This document shows positions 59,410 through 64,000 of a stretch of 64,000 nt of DNA, in pieces. The stretch's first letter is position 1. Each line of letters begins with the position of its first letter. The position numbers were made by a program, and so were the translations under genes. This stretch comes from Candidatus Atabeyarchaeum deiterrae. Lineage in GTDB: Archaea; Asgardarchaeota; Atabeyarchaeia; Atabeyarchaeales; Atabeyarchaeaceae. Under the pieces are notes generated by a model. The model had not been told where the DNA came from. It did no database searches and saw only the letters and a program-made list of their open reading frames with translations. The stretch covers positions 1,728,001 to 1,792,000 of the forward strand of contig CP147780.1 of NCBI GenBank assembly GCA_037310415.1, written 5' to 3'.

Positions 59410-60564
59410 TTGAGAAAGGAACTTTTGATGATTCCTGGTCCCACATCAGTTTCGCCTAGAGTCTTACGGGCAATGGGAAACCAGATTGTCAGTCATACAA
59501 GCGACGAATTCATCGAGGCACTTGATGATGCTGTCAGAATGACAGCCAACCTATTTCAGACGAAAGGTCAACCGCTCATTCTCGCGGGCTCGGGCACTCT
59601 CGGCATGGAAACCGCACTCTGCAATGTTGTTGAGCGAGGCGAGAAGATCCTCTGCGTAAACAATGGCTTCTTTGGCACACGCTTTGCCGAAATAGCGAAA
59701 ACGCATGGAATTAGTGCTGACCTAATTGAATTCGAATGGGGTCACCATGTCGACCCTTCAATCATCAGGGAAAAACTCGAAAGAGAACGATATAAGGCAG
59801 TGACAGTTGTCCACGTGGATACAGCGACTGGCATCGTGAACCCGATAAAAGAGATCGGGGAGATAGCGAAGAACTTCGAGACGATGTACATCGTCGATAC
59901 TGTATGCTCGATGGGCGGGATTGAGGTTCAAGTCGATAACTGGAATATAGATGTATGCCTAACTGGTTCACAGAAAGCAATCGCTGCACCACCAGGTCTA
60001 GCATTGCTCAGCTTCAACGAAAATGCTCAGCGGGCGATAGAGAAGCGGAAAACGCAAGTAGAATCATACTACATGGATTTCGCCAGATGGAAACCCGTAA
60101 TGCAAGATCCTAAGAGCAGAAGCTACTTCGCCACACCATCAGTCCCACTGGTTCTTGCATTAAGAGAAGCACTCCGAATCTTATTCAAAGAAGGCCTTGC
60201 AAAACGCTGGCGTCGCCACCAGATGATTGCAGAGGCGACTCGAAAGGGTATACAAGCAATGGATCTGAACCTGTTTCCAGAGGAGAACTATAGAGCCAAC
60301 ACGCTCTCGGTCTTCGATGTGCCCAAAGAAGTGAGCGATGCAAGTCTGCGTGAAACAATGAATAAGACTCACGGTGTTGTCGTCGCTGGAGGACTAGGCA
60401 AACTGAAGGGAAAGACTATCCGCATCGGACACATGGGGACGGTGACTTCCAATAACATAGTCACGACTCTGAACTCAATCGGAGTCTCATTAAACAAACT
60501 CGGACACAAGGTCGACACCAAGAAAGCGATTTTGTCAGCCAGAGCGAAACTCAAGCACGCCTAG
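59410..60564 (+). CDS. Class V PLP aminotransferase (serine-pyruvate/alanine-glyoxylate type)
   Basis: LMIPGPT, GSGT..ME, SQKA...PPG, RIGHMG. Confidence 0.94.
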   Translation: MRKELLMIPGPTSVSPRVLRAMGNQIVSHTSDEFIEALDDAVRMTANLFQTKGQPLILAGSGTLGMETALCNVVERGEKILCVNNGFFGTRFAEIAKTHGISADLIEFEWGHHVDPSIIREKLERERYKAVTVVHVDTATGIVNPIKEIGEIAKNFETMYIVDTVCSMGGIEVQVDNWNIDVCLTGSQKAIAAPPGLALLSFNENAQRAIEKRKTQVESYYMDFARWKPVMQDPKSRSYFATPSVPLVLALREALRILFKEGLAKRWRRHQMIAEATRKGIQAMDLNLFPEENYRANTLSVFDVPKEVSDASLRETMNKTHGVVVAGGLGKLKGKTIRIGHMGTVTSNNIVTTLNSIGVSLNKLGHKVDTKKAILSARAKLKHA

Positions 60565-60672
60565 TACAGGAGCTATTCTCTTCACTCAAGGCAATCAACA
60601 AAAGAATGTACGACCTCTTACATCCAAATCAGCTATGGAATTGCATACAGAAAGGGCGCATGGAGAGAAATC

Positions 60673-62049
60673 ATGCCTAAAGAGAAGACTACACCCAAAG
60701 TTCGGATGCCAGCCCGATCTGTTCCCGTTATAGCCGAAGCTGATGTGATCGTAGTCGGAGGAGGAACAGCAGGGCTAGCGGCAGCCATCGCAGCAGCCAG
60801 AACAGGCGCCCAGACAATACTTGCCGAGCGCTACGGATACTTGGGAGGATCATTGACGGGAACTTACTGCACGGGACCTGGCTTCTTCGGCGACTCGGAG
60901 GGACACCAGATCATCAAAGGCATAGGGTGGGAACTAATGGAACGCCTGGAGAAACTAGGTTCCGCCATCCTCGACCGCGACCACTGGAACGCACAGATCT
61001 TCCCAGAAACAGTAAAAAACGCTGCCCTTGACTTGGTAGCTGAAGCTGGAGTCGGTCTATATCTTCACGCTTTTGTGAGCGATCTTGTAATCAGGAACGG
61101 AGTAATAAGAAGCATCATCATGCAAAGCAAGTCTGGTCCAATGGCAGTGAATGGAAAGGTGTTTGTGGATGCGACGGGAGATGCAGATATAGTCTTCAAG
61201 GCAGGCGGTCCGACGGAGATGCTTGAGCCAAGCAGGCTCTGGCAAACATCAGTCGATCTGACAGTGTGCAACGTCGATTCTACAAAAGTCATCAAATGGG
61301 CAAAAGATAATCCAGACCGAACCGTGATCGAAGGTGCCACCGAGAACTTGTCGAAAACCTTTGGAATTCATCCAATGTTCAATGTCATCGTACTTAAAGA
61401 GGGAACCGAAGGTAAGAGTCAAGAAAGTGGCATTAAGCATGTTGGACCCATGCCAACTATCAAGCTCCTAGTTAGAAGAAACATCAGCAGAGTACAAGGA
61501 TCAGTTGAGATCGACGGAACTGATGTCCGAGGATTGACATATGCTGAGGTTGAGGCCCGTCGCCGAGCAATGGAGCACCTCGTCTATCTAAAGAAGACTG
61601 TGCCCGGGTATGAAGATGCTTTTGTGATTGGTGAATCACAACTGGGTGTACGTGAGACAAGACGCATCGTGGGAGACTACGTGCTAACAGTTGATGACTT
61701 GATTAGGAAAGCCCGCTTCCCTGATGTGGTAGCCCTGAACTGTCGCGCTTTAGATCGTCACACGAAGGGCGAGGTGTTTGAGATAACCTTTTTGAGTGGT
61801 AACCACGACATTCCGCTCAGAGCCCTGATACCCAAGAAAGTCAAGAACCTCTTGGTGGCCGGTCGCTGCATATCCAGCGATCATGATGCGAACGCGTCTT
61901 TGAGGGGAGCTGGGGCCTGTATGGCTACGGGTCACGCTGCAGGCACGGCGGCAGCACTTTCAGCTAGAGATAGCGGAAACGTTAGAGACATTAACATCCC
62001 GACTCTTCAGAAGATCTTGAAAGAGCAGAATGCCATTCTGAAAGCATGA
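60673..62049 (+). CDS. FAD-dependent oxidoreductase
   Basis: GGGTAG, DATGDAD, GVRETRRI.G.Y, IP.RAL, AGRCIS. Confidence 0.9.
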   Translation: MPKEKTTPKVRMPARSVPVIAEADVIVVGGGTAGLAAAIAAARTGAQTILAERYGYLGGSLTGTYCTGPGFFGDSEGHQIIKGIGWELMERLEKLGSAILDRDHWNAQIFPETVKNAALDLVAEAGVGLYLHAFVSDLVIRNGVIRSIIMQSKSGPMAVNGKVFVDATGDADIVFKAGGPTEMLEPSRLWQTSVDLTVCNVDSTKVIKWAKDNPDRTVIEGATENLSKTFGIHPMFNVIVLKEGTEGKSQESGIKHVGPMPTIKLLVRRNISRVQGSVEIDGTDVRGLTYAEVEARRRAMEHLVYLKKTVPGYEDAFVIGESQLGVRETRRIVGDYVLTVDDLIRKARFPDVVALNCRALDRHTKGEVFEITFLSGNHDIPLRALIPKKVKNLLVAGRCISSDHDANASLRGAGACMATGHAAGTAAALSARDSGNVRDINIPTLQKILKEQNAILKA

Positions 62050-62158
62050 AAAAGTGGAAGGTTCTTTACGCTCCCGCTCAACGAGTTGTTTCAAAAGAAG
62101 AAATGCTAAGTTCTAGACAGAACTGATCTCGCCTGCGCATGGATTCTCGTGTTTCCTG

Positions 62159-63016
62159 CTACTCCATTTCCTCGAGCAGTGCGCCAATATCGTTGCCTTT
62201 CGTGGGCGTCTTTGCAAGGTTCATACCTCTTACTTGAGGGATGTTGTCGTAGTACGAAGGTCGATCTTCTTTGTAGAATAGTCCGATCGGTATGTGGTCG
62301 CCCCATTCCTGACACTTTTCGAGTGCTTTCTGCCTGTTGGTAGTGTCGTGTCCCGTTTCATCAAGCTTGTACACTCTCTTTTTGTACCAGTCGTAAGTGT
62401 TTAGGTAGTTGAAAGATACACATACCTGCAAGACGTCGATGTAACTGAAGCCTCGATGCTTGATTGCCTGTACTATAAGGTTTTGCAGATGCCTTATTTC
62501 ACCTACATATCCGCGGGCTACGAACGTTGCATTGCTAATAAGTGCATGAGCTAACGGATTTAATGGTGGGGTGATCGATCCGTACGGAGTGGATTTGCTT
62601 TTGAATCCCTGCGAAGTTGTTGCTGTTGTCTGCCCAGTTGTTAAACCGAAGACCATGTTATCATGAACAATCAAAGTCATGTTTACGTTTCTCCGAATCG
62701 CATGGACGAAGTGATCCCATCCTTCATCATAACAGTCGCCGTCACCTGAAAACCCTATTACCTTGATATCTGGGTTAGCTAGAGTTACCCCTGTAGCGAC
62801 AGGCAGCACTCTGCCGTGGATGCTGTGGAACCCGTTAATGTTGACATAATCGATCATCTTTCCATGGCAGCCTATGCCAGAAACCAAGACTATCTCCTCC
62901 CTGGCTAAGCCTGAGTCAACCAAGGCGCTCTTAACTGCAGTTAGAATTCCAAAGTTGCCGCAACCAGGGCACCAGGTGCTTTTCTTGGGGGTTTCGAGAT
63001 CCTTCAATGTTACCAT
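62159..63016 (-). CDS. 2-oxoacid:ferredoxin oxidoreductase beta subunit
   Basis: WCPGCGNFG, SGIGC, HGR, GDGD, GLTTGQ. Confidence 0.95.
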   Translation of the reverse strand: MVTLKDLETPKKSTWCPGCGNFGILTAVKSALVDSGLAREEIVLVSGIGCHGKMIDYVNINGFHSIHGRVLPVATGVTLANPDIKVIGFSGDGDCYDEGWDHFVHAIRRNVNMTLIVHDNMVFGLTTGQTTATTSQGFKSKSTPYGSITPPLNPLAHALISNATFVARGYVGEIRHLQNLIVQAIKHRGFSYIDVLQVCVSFNYLNTYDWYKKRVYKLDETGHDTTNRQKALEKCQEWGDHIPIGLFYKEDRPSYYDNIPQVRGMNLAKTPTKGNDIGALLEEME

Positions 63017-63019
63017 TTC

Positions 63020-64000
63020 TTAGAGCACCTCCTTTACCTTTTGGGCTAGGCTGCCCGGATTCCAGGGCCTCCCATCATACTTCAAAAACTTATGATCCAC
63101 ATCCTTCAAAGTCAGTTGCCGGACCAAGCCAGAGATCTGGCAGTTCTTACTATTCTCAATGGCGACAGTCTTTTTCGCGTTATTCAGCACATCTTCAATT
63201 CTGCTTGTTGGGAAGGGCTGCAAGTACACGATCTGGCAGTAGTTCACTGAGATTCCTTCGTTGTGGAGGAGCTTCATCGCCTCACGTATTGGGCCCTTGG
63301 TGGAACCCCAAGCGATTATTGTTGCCTTGGCATCTTCCGGTCCGAAGAGCCTAGTCGTTTCTATCCGCTTCTGTTGAATCTCCTTCTCCAAGTATTCGAG
63401 TTTCCTCATCCTCTTGTCCATCATCTGCACTGTCATGTCAGGTTTCTCAGTCGTGTAACCAGATTCGTCGTGTTCATCAGAATTTGTGCGAACGATAGCC
63501 CCAATTGTTGACGGGATGGCCCTCGGTGACACTCCTGTCGCAGTGATCTTATGCCTCTTGTACTCGTCCTTACTTTCCCATCGACCTGTATTCACTAAGT
63601 CTCCTCTTTCAATCTTGATGCGACTAACGTCAAATCGATTAACTGATGTATGGCTCTCTGCAACGTACTTGTCAACCAGAAGGATGACTGGGAGTTGATA
63701 CTTGTCTGCCCAGTTGAATGCTTGCATGGTCTCGTAGAAGCACTCTTCAACATCGCCAGGGGCAATCACAACTCTAGGGAATTCTCCCTGGCCAGCATGA
63801 AGAGCGAATCTTAAGTCTGCCTGTGACGTATATGTGGGAAGCCCAGTGCTGGGACCATTTCTTATTCCCAGGGCAATAACAACACCCGTCTCAGTCATTC
63901 CAGTCATTCCCAAAGCCTCTGTCATCAGGCAGAAGCCTCCACCTGAAGTTGCAGTCATCGATCTGACTCCAGCGAAAGATGCACCTGCAGCCATAAGTAT
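63020..64000 (-). CDS. 2-oxoacid:ferredoxin oxidoreductase alpha subunit (5' part outside window)
   Basis: TATSGGGF.LM.E, GPSTGLPT, EHDE.G, WGST, KYDGRP. Confidence 0.95.
   Translation of the reverse strand: MLMAAGASFAGVRSMTATSGGGFCLMTEALGMTGMTETGVVIALGIRNGPSTGLPTYTSQADLRFALHAGQGEFPRVVIAPGDVEECFYETMQAFNWADKYQLPVILLVDKYVAESHTSVNRFDVSRIKIERGDLVNTGRWESKDEYKRHKITATGVSPRAIPSTIGAIVRTNSDEHDESGYTTEKPDMTVQMMDKRMRKLEYLEKEIQQKRIETTRLFGPEDAKATIIAWGSTKGPIREAMKLLHNEGISVNYCQIVYLQPFPTSRIEDVLNNAKKTVAIENSKNCQISGLVRQLTLKDVDHKFLKYDGRPWNPGSLAQKVKEVL

Noticed and set aside
1-64000. CRISPR arrays, transposases, integrases, rRNA
   Set aside because: No regularly spaced repeats, DDE or tyrosine-recombinase motifs, or rRNA-like tracts were seen

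Overview
Gene-dense archaeal chromosomal window with no rRNA, convincing tRNA, CRISPR array or IS element. An Asgard-like anaerobe is inferred from HdrABC, ArfB-like and GGR genes, TATA/GGTGA-type signals and several eukaryote-like RING/GRAM proteins. Most of it is metabolism and transport: DtxR-feoAB, hdrA(-mvhD)CB, a corrinoid/UroD-fold pair, FprA, rubrerythrin, FTR-rubredoxin plus glutaredoxin, ScpB, OFOR alpha/beta, MFS, ZIP, P-type and NIPA-like transporters. Highlights: (1) three tandem paralogues (50.1-52.5 kb) with a Zn-ribbon/2TM/Zn-ribbon/RING architecture, plus a TPR/Zn-ribbon/RING protein (38.3-39.3 kb), all sharing an unusual C4-H2-C2 RING; these are candidate membrane-anchored and chaperone-type ubiquitin E3 ligases. 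(2) A WBP2/Vps36-GLUE-like GRAM protein with a glycine-zipper insert, near a coiled-coil/Pro-rich/helical-bundle protein. (3) An HdrA whose fused MvhD domain lacks all [2Fe-2S] cysteines, with a decayed [NiFe]-hydrogenase large-subunit remnant right after hdrB. (4) Several gene relics hidden in intergenic DNA (WrbA, DUF3052-like, V4R-like, GmrSD). All family calls come from motif recognition by eye, not from database searches.
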